IMG/VR virus record: IMGVR_UViG_3300021431_000087
Location: 60,195-124,194 of that record
Source of the DNA: a virus
Taxonomy: Duplodnaviria; Caudoviricetes
Length of the DNA: 64,000 bases
Direction: 5' to 3' (one strand)
The translations under genes were made by a program, and so were the position numbers. The stretch's first letter is position 1. Each line of letters begins with the position of its first letter. The notes beneath the pieces were generated by a model, which was not told where the DNA came from, ran no database searches, and worked only from the letters and a program-made list of their open reading frames with translations. Positions 32,081 to 40,354 of this stretch are shown here, piece by piece.

Positions 32081-32650
32081 ATGAAAACGTTAAAATTCCA
32101 AATTACGGGTACACGGCCTTTGATGCTGAATAACCCGCGAACTGTCAACCCATTTGACAAGTATTCAAAACTATTGAAGCCGCTGACGAGCAAGCGCACC
32201 AAGACCGAGGACGACCTCATGGAGATTTCCCGCCTCAAGTTCCTTGCCAGTTTGTACGTTGACGAAAAAGGTTATTTCCTCCCTCAGGAGTGCATCGAGC
32301 GTAGTATTATCGAAGCCGCCAAGGAGCGCAAACTCGGCAAGAAGTTTGAGCGCAGTTTCAACGTTATCGACCGTGCACCGCTTGACTTCAAGGACAACAA
32401 AAAGAAGCCTGAGCAACTTTTCGATATGGGTAATATGTACGTCGATGTCCGAGCCGTAGGCATCAAGAACGCTCGTATCACCACCACACGCGCCATCATT
32501 CCGAACTGGAGTGCCACCTTTGAGTGCTGGTTTGACGAAACCCAACTTGACGAGAAGGAGGTGCTTGACGTGTTGGAGATTGCTGGTCTTCGCTATGGTG
32601 TCGGCACGTACCGCCGCCTCTACGGACGATTCTCTGTGAAGAAGATTTAA
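32081..32650 (+). CDS. Cas7/RAMP-like RNA-binding protein (standalone phage RAMP)
   Basis: N-terminal beta strand + PLML, LP..CI..SI helix, thumb-like VGIKNARITTTR, C-terminal Gly-rich loop AGLRYGVGTYRRLYGRF; fold inferred by eye. Confidence 0.7.
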   Translation: MKTLKFQITGTRPLMLNNPRTVNPFDKYSKLLKPLTSKRTKTEDDLMEISRLKFLASLYVDEKGYFLPQECIERSIIEAAKERKLGKKFERSFNVIDRAPLDFKDNKKKPEQLFDMGNMYVDVRAVGIKNARITTTRAIIPNWSATFECWFDETQLDEKEVLDVLEIAGLRYGVGTYRRLYGRFSVKKI

Positions 32651-32664
32651 CGCTTCATATTTGC

Positions 32665-33248
32665 AGAGTAGTATAGCAATGCGTAGAAGAACTCCCGTGA
32701 CGGATTCCTTGCCGTGGTTCGACCCCACGGGCGGGAGCTATTCTCAGCTAAGTTTAGTAGAGCCTTGTGTAGACGAGACGAGTTTTGTTTAGCAAAGTTA
32801 TGCGCAGTTTAGTTAAGACGAACTCCCACAATGGTTGTATGTAAGGTTCGATTCCTTCAGTGGGAGCATTTAGTCCAGATTCGTAAAGCACAGTGGAGTG
32901 TAGTACAGTATGGCTCAGTTGAGAGAAGTTTAGTTCAGACCTGTACAGCAAAGACGAACTCCTATCATGGTGCAAGCATCGGTTCGATTCCGATGGTAGG
33001 AGCAAAAAGTTAAGTTCGGATTAGCAGAGTCCAGCGAAATATAGTTTAGCAGAGTAAAGAAGAACCCTCACTATGGTACAAGCCGTGGCTCGATTCCACG
33101 GGTGAGGGCAAAAAGTCCAGCAAAGACCAGTATAGCGAAGTGGTGTCTTGTATGGCTATGCAAAGCCATCCAAAGTTTAGCAAAGAACGGTTAAGTAAAG
33201 ACGAAGGCAGTAACGGTTCACGTTGGGGTTCGATTCCCCGAACTGCCC
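32665..33248 (+). ncRNA. Array of five 5-nt-periodic (WGH-NN) tracts, each followed by a tRNA-like element; putative guide-RNA array
   Basis: Tracts 32665-32689, 32746-32820, 32872-32956, 33008-33062, 33114-33203; tRNA-like elements 32692-32737, 32823-32866, 32959-33002, 33065-33108, 33206-33247. Confidence 0.85.
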
Positions 33249-33279
33249 AAAATGTTTAACATTTAAAACATAAGCGAAT

Positions 33280-33753
33280 ATGGAGAATAAAAAAGAATTG
33301 ACGGCAGAGGTGCTTAATCCTCTGATGGCTGAAATAGCCGAAAAGTTTGGTGACGGTGCGCTCATTCCTCACGAATGGCTGCGCAAGAAGTTCGACATCA
33401 AAGATCCTTCAATGGCTGACTGCGAAAGCGAAGAGGACTTTATCGCCAGACTGCGTGAGCAGCAGTTCCTCTATATGGGGTGCATCGACCAACTGCGATG
33501 GGCAATGCTTCAGAAAGAGCAAATGTACCTAAAGAACGAGTGGGGTGACGGATATTCCATCCTACTGCCAACAGAGCAGGTTTCTTTCGGCTACAACGAG
33601 TTTGTGAAGACCATCAAGAAAGCCACTAAAGAAGCGGATGCCATCATCAATAATGTGCGCCCCGTTCCCGACATCAACGCTGCGAAAGACAATGACATTC
33701 GTGCAAGGTTCGGGATGATGCGTGATATGCTGGCAAGCATAAAGAAAAGATAG
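33280..33753 (+). CDS. Accessory protein of the RAMP cassette, winged-helix-like
   Basis: YLKNEWGDGYSIL resembles a wHTH wing; helical C-terminus; same transcription unit as the array. Confidence 0.6.
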   Translation: MENKKELTAEVLNPLMAEIAEKFGDGALIPHEWLRKKFDIKDPSMADCESEEDFIARLREQQFLYMGCIDQLRWAMLQKEQMYLKNEWGDGYSILLPTEQVSFGYNEFVKTIKKATKEADAIINNVRPVPDINAAKDNDIRARFGMMRDMLASIKKR

Positions 33754-33786
33754 AATAGTTAATGTTAATTTGTACATATTTTGGCA

Positions 33787-33818
33787 AGCCTGTCCGTGAT
33801 GGATAGGCTCTGCTTTTT
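33787..33818 (+). terminator. Intrinsic terminator closing the RAMP cassette
   Basis: AGCCTGTCC-GTGAT-GGATAGGCT hairpin, then CTGCTTTTT; convergent with terL. Confidence 0.65.
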
Positions 33819-35238
33819 ATAGAAAATCTGACAATATTTGATCGTCAGACGCACCGCCTACAACCCCTCCTCTTTCAATAATCATCGTAAGGACATCTTC
33901 TGCGTCATCATGTGCATTTCTTCCTTCCTTTCGGTAACTTTTCACGGATGAAGCGAACTCTGGCCATCGACGTTCCCAATCCACAGGAAATACAATCATA
34001 TTGTTTACTTCACAAGCCCTTGTGAAGATTCTGACATTTTTGTTGTGGTGCTGCGTGAAAGTAATAAAAGTCGTTTTGTGGTTTTCGTACTCACGACTTA
34101 TACGTTCCACGTTTCTGGCAAAAGCCCTGCCTCCATTATTTGATTCAATGACACAATACCTTATCTCATATTTCGCTAAATCCTGCGCCAACATTTGTTC
34201 CGTTGCCTCTTGGCTTTTCTTTGTGTATATAACACTCGTCACGTAGTATCCATCTTTCATTGAAAGGTAGGTTATGCTACACAAATAATCCTCGCCAACA
34301 TCTGCGGTGTCGCAACAACAGCACATTGTCCCCAGCTTGACGGGAGGTAAAACTTCATAAGTACGAAATGCGTGCTCATAAAGCAAGCCTTCTAAAGGCA
34401 TAGGATTTTGTTGGTATTGTGTTTGAAAAACATACGAATTGGCAGCATTTATCTTATCAAGTTCCTCAAGTGTATGCTTGTATGGCCACAGTGCTTCACG
34501 CTCTCCGTTCTCGTTTATCTGTATAACTGGCAGTGATATCACCCGCCACTCGTCTGGTTCTATTTCCTGCAAATAGCCGCAGAGGTCATGCTCATGCAAA
34601 CGCTGCATGATAATGATAATGGGTGTGTTACGGGAATTGACGCGGTTTCTGATTGTTGTTTCAAAACGTCGGTTCACACGCTCACGGACAACATCGGAAA
34701 GGGCATCCTCCGGCTTGATAGGGTCATCGATAATGATCGCGCCACCAAAACGATACGGTTCACATTCCCTTTCGACAAGACCAGCACCGAAACCCGTAAT
34801 CTGACCGAGCGTAGATGTGGCGTACAAGCCACCTCCTTGGTCGGTTTCCCACTGAGATTTCATATTCTTTCCGTAGGTGATACGGGTAGGATAGAGCCGT
34901 TGATATTCTTCGTTTTGAACTATATTTTTTACGGCAATAGAGTTGTCTTGTGCAAGGTTGGCAGAATAAGAGAGGTGGATGAATTTGGCAGAAGGATTGA
35001 CGGCTAACCCCATAGCAATGAAGTTCTTTACTGCAAGTTCCGTTTTTCCATACCTCGGCGACAAATTAATAATAAGTTTATTACATTTTCCGTTAAGGAC
35101 ATCATCAAGGGCATCACAGATAAGCTTGTGGTGCCTGCCTATGATGAACTTCATGTCGTTGTTCTGCTTGAAGAAGTACCTTGTGAAGTTAAGGGAACTC
35201 TTCAGCGTCCAAGCCCTCAAAATGTCCGTGTCTGTCAT
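33817..35238 (-). CDS. terL: Terminase large subunit
   Basis: LIINLSPRYGKT Walker A, IIIDDP Walker B, IMQRLHEHDL, QYQQNP, IESNNGG, HDDAED. Confidence 0.93.
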   Translation of the reverse strand: MTDTDILRAWTLKSSLNFTRYFFKQNNDMKFIIGRHHKLICDALDDVLNGKCNKLIINLSPRYGKTELAVKNFIAMGLAVNPSAKFIHLSYSANLAQDNSIAVKNIVQNEEYQRLYPTRITYGKNMKSQWETDQGGGLYATSTLGQITGFGAGLVERECEPYRFGGAIIIDDPIKPEDALSDVVRERVNRRFETTIRNRVNSRNTPIIIIMQRLHEHDLCGYLQEIEPDEWRVISLPVIQINENGEREALWPYKHTLEELDKINAANSYVFQTQYQQNPMPLEGLLYEHAFRTYEVLPPVKLGTMCCCCDTADVGEDYLCSITYLSMKDGYYVTSVIYTKKSQEATEQMLAQDLAKYEIRYCVIESNNGGRAFARNVERISREYENHKTTFITFTQHHNKNVRIFTRACEVNNMIVFPVDWERRWPEFASSVKSYRKEGRNAHDDAEDVLTMIIERGGVVGGASDDQILSDFL

Positions 35239-35630
35239 TTCACCTTACCTTGCTTTACCTTCCAACAGCAATCGAAAATCCACTCTATCAAGTATGCCGC
35301 AAACTCCTCCATCCCGTCACTGTCATAGTCTGGGAGGTCGGCGTTAATCTCGCTGACAAATGCCGTAAGGGCGTGATAGCATTCGTGAACAAGCTGTTTC
35401 GCCTCTAACCCCGTGTCAAAGAAGAAAACGATACCGAGCCTGTTGTCGGATTTCCGCTCGCACTTGCATACCCACGCATCGACATAGCGCATATCCACGT
35501 CGTCTTCCGTCAGCTCTTCGCCTCCCTTCTTGCGAAAGTGTTCCCTGACGAACTCCCCAGAACCTTTGACTATCCACAACAGACGAGGATAGAGAATAGG
35601 GTCAAACTCGTATATTCTCCCCTTGCTCAT
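35235..35630 (-). CDS. Zincin-like (HExxH) protein
   Basis: LVHECYHA...EEFAAYL. Confidence 0.65.
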   Translation of the reverse strand: MSKGRIYEFDPILYPRLLWIVKGSGEFVREHFRKKGGEELTEDDVDMRYVDAWVCKCERKSDNRLGIVFFFDTGLEAKQLVHECYHALTAFVSEINADLPDYDSDGMEEFAAYLIEWIFDCCWKVKQGKVK

Positions 35631-36007
35631 TTGAAATAGAACTCATCGAACTGCTCGGAAAGGAATCCTGCGAGATACGCAGCAGACTCTATGTCGTTCA
35701 CTCCGCACCATTGGAGTATCCTGTCCTCCACGTGCCGTTTCTCATGCCCGTAACGATTCCTCTTTATTCTTCCGTTCGTCATCCGATAGAAGATTACTAA
35801 CATTTGCCCTTTATCAAAATTCCGCCACGTATCACCACCATCGCACTTGTCCTGCTTTACGAACTCCAATGTCGCCTCCGCATCTTCGGGGAGCAGCTCT
35901 ATTTCCTCGCAGCAGGCTTTTACCTCGTCCGCATCATCGGGCGACTCTACTTGAACAAGGGTAATATTGATGTCATAGAGGGGAACGGCAAACTTTAGTT
36001 TTTTCAT
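35627..36007 (-). CDS. Zincin-like (HExxH) protein
   Basis: GHEKRH...ESAAYLAG. Confidence 0.6.
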   Translation of the reverse strand: MKKLKFAVPLYDINITLVQVESPDDADEVKACCEEIELLPEDAEATLEFVKQDKCDGGDTWRNFDKGQMLVIFYRMTNGRIKRNRYGHEKRHVEDRILQWCGVNDIESAAYLAGFLSEQFDEFYFK

Positions 36008-36345
36008 ACAGCCAAATCATCTGTTATATCCTCTACAATCCTTACGTTTCTCAGAAGCGGCTCACCGTCCGCTCCATTTCCTACATAGTCTCCCTCGACG
36101 AGGTATGCTCTTTGTGGGTCATCCACCTTGTAAAGCAATCCAAGCTGCGACAACAGCCCGTAAAGAGTTGACACCTTTGATTCGTTAATTGGTGACGGTA
36201 TGACAATATTCCATTTACCGTGCGAAAACAGAGCATCATAGCATGACACACCTATTTCCTCTCCGACTTGAACACCGCCTCGCCATACTTTCGATTTCTC
36301 ATCTTTTGGGATAGCTCCAATACGGATATATCTTTCTTTACCCAT
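36004..36345 (-). CDS. Hypothetical phage protein
   Basis: YIRIG..P; GVSCY; GADGEPLL. Confidence 0.65.
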   Translation of the reverse strand: MGKERYIRIGAIPKDEKSKVWRGGVQVGEEIGVSCYDALFSHGKWNIVIPSPINESKVSTLYGLLSQLGLLYKVDDPQRAYLVEGDYVGNGADGEPLLRNVRIVEDITDDLAV

Positions 36346-36346
36346 A

Positions 36347-36844
36347 TCAGCAGCTTTCCTCGATTCGTTTCAGCCATTCTTTCGCCTCGTCAGGGGTCAT
36401 TGATTGCGGAGCCATGCTCTCTCCGTTGGTGGTAACGTCCACCTGCTTCTTAACCGCACCGAACTGACGGTCACGAAGAAGGTTCATCGTTCCCGTTTTC
36501 CCATTCTTCATATCCCACATTGCAGCCATCGCAAGGGTACGCATATAGACTGGTGTCTTCTCACTCTTTGCAATTGCCTGCAAGGCGGTCGTGTCAAGGG
36601 AAAGTACCATCAGCTCGATTGCATGAATCTCACTGTCATCAAGCATCGTATTCTCCTTGACCTGCTTTACTGTCAGCAGACCTTCCATCAGCTCCTTTAC
36701 ACGGCTTTTCGGTCTGCCTTTCGGGTTTCCCGACTCACCGGGCTTCCAGCGGGGCTTGATATGCTCCTGCCCCTTCTTGGAACCTTCGGTCATGCCTCTG
36801 CGGTTGCCTTTCTTGTTTAGTTTTAACTCTTCGTCCATACTCAT
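36347..36844 (-). CDS. DUF5681 protein, probable terminase small subunit
   Basis: WKPGESGNPKGRPK; QVDVTTNGE; upstream of terL. Confidence 0.75.
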   Translation of the reverse strand: MSMDEELKLNKKGNRRGMTEGSKKGQEHIKPRWKPGESGNPKGRPKSRVKELMEGLLTVKQVKENTMLDDSEIHAIELMVLSLDTTALQAIAKSEKTPVYMRTLAMAAMWDMKNGKTGTMNLLRDRQFGAVKKQVDVTTNGESMAPQSMTPDEAKEWLKRIEESC

Positions 36845-36878
36845 ATATTTAAAAATTCCGTTATTTTTTATCTCTTAT

Positions 36879-39071
36879 TTATGTATTACACAAATTGTCA
36901 AGCTCCTCTTTCGTGAAGATTTCCATGATATTCGTCTGCGTGCCGTCTGGATTGATTCTAAACACATCTGCATAGTTGCCGCGCAGCTTAATGTAGCGGA
37001 AAATTATAACCTTCACGTAATGGGGTGAAAGCTCACAAAGTCGTGCGCTGCGACCGAGCTGCTCGGCGGCGATAAGGGTTGTTCCGCTTCCAGCGAATCC
37101 GTCATAGACAACGTCGCCCTTCTTGGAAGAGTTCTTCATAAGATAACCGAAAAGACCGACGGGTTTCATGGTCGGATGCAGTACCGATTTTGTCGGTCTG
37201 TCCCAATCTATCACGGTCGATTGCTTTCGGTCTGAATACCAGTTGTGTGCTGCACCGTCCTTCCAACCGTACAAGCAGTTGTGCGTAATTATTCCGTCGG
37301 CGATATAATGATGATGTTTCTCCACGGCAAGGGAATATACCATGCCGTCAAATGGCTTATAATCAACTTTTTCTATAACCTCCCATGTAAAATTTGGGTT
37401 GTCCTTCCCGTTGCCAGTAGGTATAGGCACCTGCATCAGTTCAGGGATAAGGTTACAAGCGTTGATTTTAGCCGTCACCCTTGTGCTGAAACGCTGTCCA
37501 ACAGTCAGTTTGGTTATTAGCGGGAAACGCTCCGAACGTCCAAAGTCATGCAGTAAACGATACGCATTTTCTCTTAACAATTCCAAGTCCAACGCATCAT
37601 AAATATCCGCTATCTGCTTTTCATTCCGTACATTTTCCGTGACAGCCATCCCTCTCTCAACTTCCCAATGGGTATAAGGTATACCATATTTAACCGCAAG
37701 AATCTGCTCACCTACTTGGGCATCCAGTCTGTTGTCATACAATTCAATAAGCCACGCTTCCTCCGCCTTCTCTTGTGATAGTCTGCTCTTTAAGCCGAAC
37801 TGACGTGCATCGTATGCTCTTGTATGACCTACGCGCCACCAATTTCCACGACGCATAAGATAAGTGCAATATGCTTTCTTGCAATTGCCATTGAAACGTA
37901 TGCTGAAATCATGGTTGTCTGTCGTTTTTGTGGTATGTTCTCCTACAGAAATGGAATACAACAGCCCATCGTAGTGTCTGCTTGCCGTTTCTATAGCATA
38001 ACCCCCGTTTCTATATCCAACTACCTGACCACTAAGCGAATCATAAGAAATAACCCTGTCTCTATTTGTTAGGGTCTCTATTGGCTTGACACCTTCTATC
38101 GTCTGTACAAGCGTACCTGCTGGCTGACATGGCTCATGTTTCCAGTGATAGTCCTGCCTTCCGAGGACAAGGCTGTTCTTGTTCCAGATAAGGTTCTGCC
38201 GCAAGTCCATGTCACCGATATTGATAAGAGCCTTCCTAAAGTAGAAAGAGTAGGAGTCGGAATGGAAAATGTAGTATGTGCCGCCAGCCTTAAGGTTCGC
38301 CTTTGCCTCGGTAAAGGCATCGGTCAGGAAAAGCTCAAAATTATCGTTGCTCATCTTGTCGTTAAGGACAACAAGACCGTCAGCGCGCTGCTTTCCACTT
38401 TCCTCATACCCATAGGCTACATTATAAGGTGGATCGGTAAGCCAAAGGTCTGCCTGCTCCCCATTGGGGAATAGCCTGCTTACGCATTCCTGCTTCGTAG
38501 AGTCACCGCATAGCAGCATATGCCTTCCGAGCTTCCAAAGGTCGCCCTCTTGAACAATGTCGTCTTCAAGCACGTCATCCTGCTCAAAGTCATCATCCTC
38601 CTCTACGGTGCTTTCCTCCTGTGGTGTCGGGGCTTCCTCGGTATTATCCTCCACAGCCTCTCCGATTTCGGGAATATCAATAGCCGCGAGTTCTATCTCG
38701 TCCATTGACCATTCGTCAATGAGCAACTGGAAGTCCCACTCACCGAAGCCGCTGTTGTCCTTCAGGGCGATGCGGTGAATCTTGTCCATAGGGAAACCGT
38801 GGTGCAGTATCTTACATGGTACCTCCTTGTAGCCAAGTTCCTTCATGGCACGGTAGCGCATGTTACCGCCAACCACCACATAACCGAGGGAAGGATCGTC
38901 GGTGTCATAGACTATCAACTCGCGCAGTTCGAGCATCTCCGGGTCATCCTTGATGCTCTGCACAAGTTTCTTGTACTTCTCGTCACGTATAAAGCGGGGG
39001 TTTTTCTGTAGTCCCTTCACCTGCCCTATATTTGGGAACACCTGTCCTATCGGCAGCAATTTTGTCTCCAT
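36879..39071 (-). CDS. ParB-N + N6/N4 DNA methyltransferase containing an intein
   Basis: NPRFI..ParB-N, CGDST, TDPPYN, HPTMKPV, DGFAGSGTT. Confidence 0.9.
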   Translation of the reverse strand: METKLLPIGQVFPNIGQVKGLQKNPRFIRDEKYKKLVQSIKDDPEMLELRELIVYDTDDPSLGYVVVGGNMRYRAMKELGYKEVPCKILHHGFPMDKIHRIALKDNSGFGEWDFQLLIDEWSMDEIELAAIDIPEIGEAVEDNTEEAPTPQEESTVEEDDDFEQDDVLEDDIVQEGDLWKLGRHMLLCGDSTKQECVSRLFPNGEQADLWLTDPPYNVAYGYEESGKQRADGLVVLNDKMSNDNFELFLTDAFTEAKANLKAGGTYYIFHSDSYSFYFRKALINIGDMDLRQNLIWNKNSLVLGRQDYHWKHEPCQPAGTLVQTIEGVKPIETLTNRDRVISYDSLSGQVVGYRNGGYAIETASRHYDGLLYSISVGEHTTKTTDNHDFSIRFNGNCKKAYCTYLMRRGNWWRVGHTRAYDARQFGLKSRLSQEKAEEAWLIELYDNRLDAQVGEQILAVKYGIPYTHWEVERGMAVTENVRNEKQIADIYDALDLELLRENAYRLLHDFGRSERFPLITKLTVGQRFSTRVTAKINACNLIPELMQVPIPTGNGKDNPNFTWEVIEKVDYKPFDGMVYSLAVEKHHHYIADGIITHNCLYGWKDGAAHNWYSDRKQSTVIDWDRPTKSVLHPTMKPVGLFGYLMKNSSKKGDVVYDGFAGSGTTLIAAEQLGRSARLCELSPHYVKVIIFRYIKLRGNYADVFRINPDGTQTNIMEIFTKEELDNLCNT
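37278..38129 (-). mobile_element. Intein (284 aa) in the methyltransferase
   Basis: KHEP|CQPAGTLV...TTDNH...YSLAVEKHHHYIADGIITHN|CLYGW. Confidence 0.9.
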
Positions 39072-39429
39072 ATACTCTTATGTTATCCTTTATTATGCTG
39101 CAAAATTAGGAAAAATGTATTTAGTTACCAAATATTTTTGTGTTTTTGTATCGGTTCAATTCGTCTAAAAAAGAAAAGGAGCGGCTTTTTTGCCGTTCCC
39201 TTGCCCTGTGTGCGCCTTAGATGCGCTTTGTGGTATAGATAATCAGTTTACTAAAAATAAGCCGCCACATCGCTTTATTTGCCGTCTTTCTCTTTGACAT
39301 AGTCCTTACACCTATAGAACCGCATCCTGTTCTTTAGACAATAGCCGCCCGTGTAGGCGCAAGTCTCGCAAAGAGAAGCCTTGCATGCCAAATTACGTCC
39401 ATATTTGGTATCATCCTCTTTCATCGTAT

Positions 39430-39687
39430 TCAGTCCTCCATTGCTTTACGGAAGTCAGTAATCATTAAGTCGGCATCAATCCAACAACCTTCATCATCTC
39501 TAATCTCATAATCTTTATCATAAAAATGTTTACTTAGCCACTTGCAAGCCTTTTCAATCATCGTCTTGTCCGCCCAAACAGCCCCATCAAGAATGGCAAG
39601 TTTAATTTCTTCTTTTAGTTCTTCGTTCTCCATCCCTTTGCCTTTAAAAGACAAAGCATATTTCAATCTTTCGTCTTTTCGTGCCAT
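39430..39687 (-). CDS. Hypothetical protein
   Basis: GAVWAD..IEKACKWL...DFRKAME, shared with AT-rich block proteins. Confidence 0.65.
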   Translation of the reverse strand: MARKDERLKYALSFKGKGMENEELKEEIKLAILDGAVWADKTMIEKACKWLSKHFYDKDYEIRDDEGCWIDADLMITDFRKAMED

Positions 39688-39701
39688 ATTACCACCTTCT
39701 A

Positions 39702-40097
39702 TTATTTAAATACCCAATACCCATAAACGCACCTTGTACCGCCTCTTGACGGGTCAAAGATGTCGTTTATAACTCCGTCAATCACCGCTACGAGATGTCC
39801 GCTACAATTGCAGACAATGCGCCCCGAAGGAAGTTCGTCTGCTTTGAGGTGCACCTTACACCCAGACCCTATAGTCATGGTTGGATGCCACTCTCCACCG
39901 AAGTACTGCAAAAGTTTCTTTACGTCTTTGTGCTTTATGCCGTTTCTCGGAGAGTAGCCAAGAAATTTCTTAGCCTCGCCATAGACATCTTTGTAGTCGC
40001 GTTCAGAGGCAATCGCAACCGACCGTACTACGCAGTCACTCACTTCTTTTGCCTTGAAATACCTTGAACGGCCTCCATCGTTGTATATAAATCCCAT
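39702..40097 (-). CDS. Conserved phage protein (DCVVRS...HLVAVIDG)
   Basis: Conserved Cys/His/Asp pattern, possible papain-like fold. Confidence 0.7.
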   Translation of the reverse strand: MGFIYNDGGRSRYFKAKEVSDCVVRSVAIASERDYKDVYGEAKKFLGYSPRNGIKHKDVKKLLQYFGGEWHPTMTIGSGCKVHLKADELPSGRIVCNCSGHLVAVIDGVINDIFDPSRGGTRCVYGYWVFK

Positions 40098-40102
40098 AAT
40101 CC

Positions 40103-40354
40103 TTAATCTTTTGAAAAGTAAGTAAAAAACTCAACCATTCTCTCACCGCTGGCATGGTGTTTCTCATCCGTCACCTTGTGGTAGCAGCGGTCGCCCTTGA
40201 AGTAACCCCTTACGAAGTCACCTGCGATAAATGGGTGTTTGTATACCGTGAGGTTTCTGCCCTCGCCGTTGTAGCTCTTGCCGTCCCATCCTGCGAAGGT
40301 GATGCGCACCTTGCGGTTTGTCTTAATCATCATGTCTTTGCTGTAGGTAGCCAT
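40103..40354 (-). CDS. Hypothetical protein with conserved leader
   Basis: Start after AACCCTTAGA...AAGAGT leader; promoter at 40424-40431. Confidence 0.65.
   Translation of the reverse strand: MATYSKDMMIKTNRKVRITFAGWDGKSYNGEGRNLTVYKHPFIAGDFVRGYFKGDRCYHKVTDEKHHASGERMVEFFTYFSKD

Noticed and set aside
32665-33248. Classical CRISPR array or a cluster of true tRNA genes
   Set aside because: There are no identical direct repeats, and the T-loop elements are only 42-46 nt with no anticodon arm
32754-33365. Short ORFs over the array (32754-33005, 32831-33013, 33177-33365)
   Set aside because: Period-5 structure and covarying stems are not compatible with codon-based selection; likely spurious
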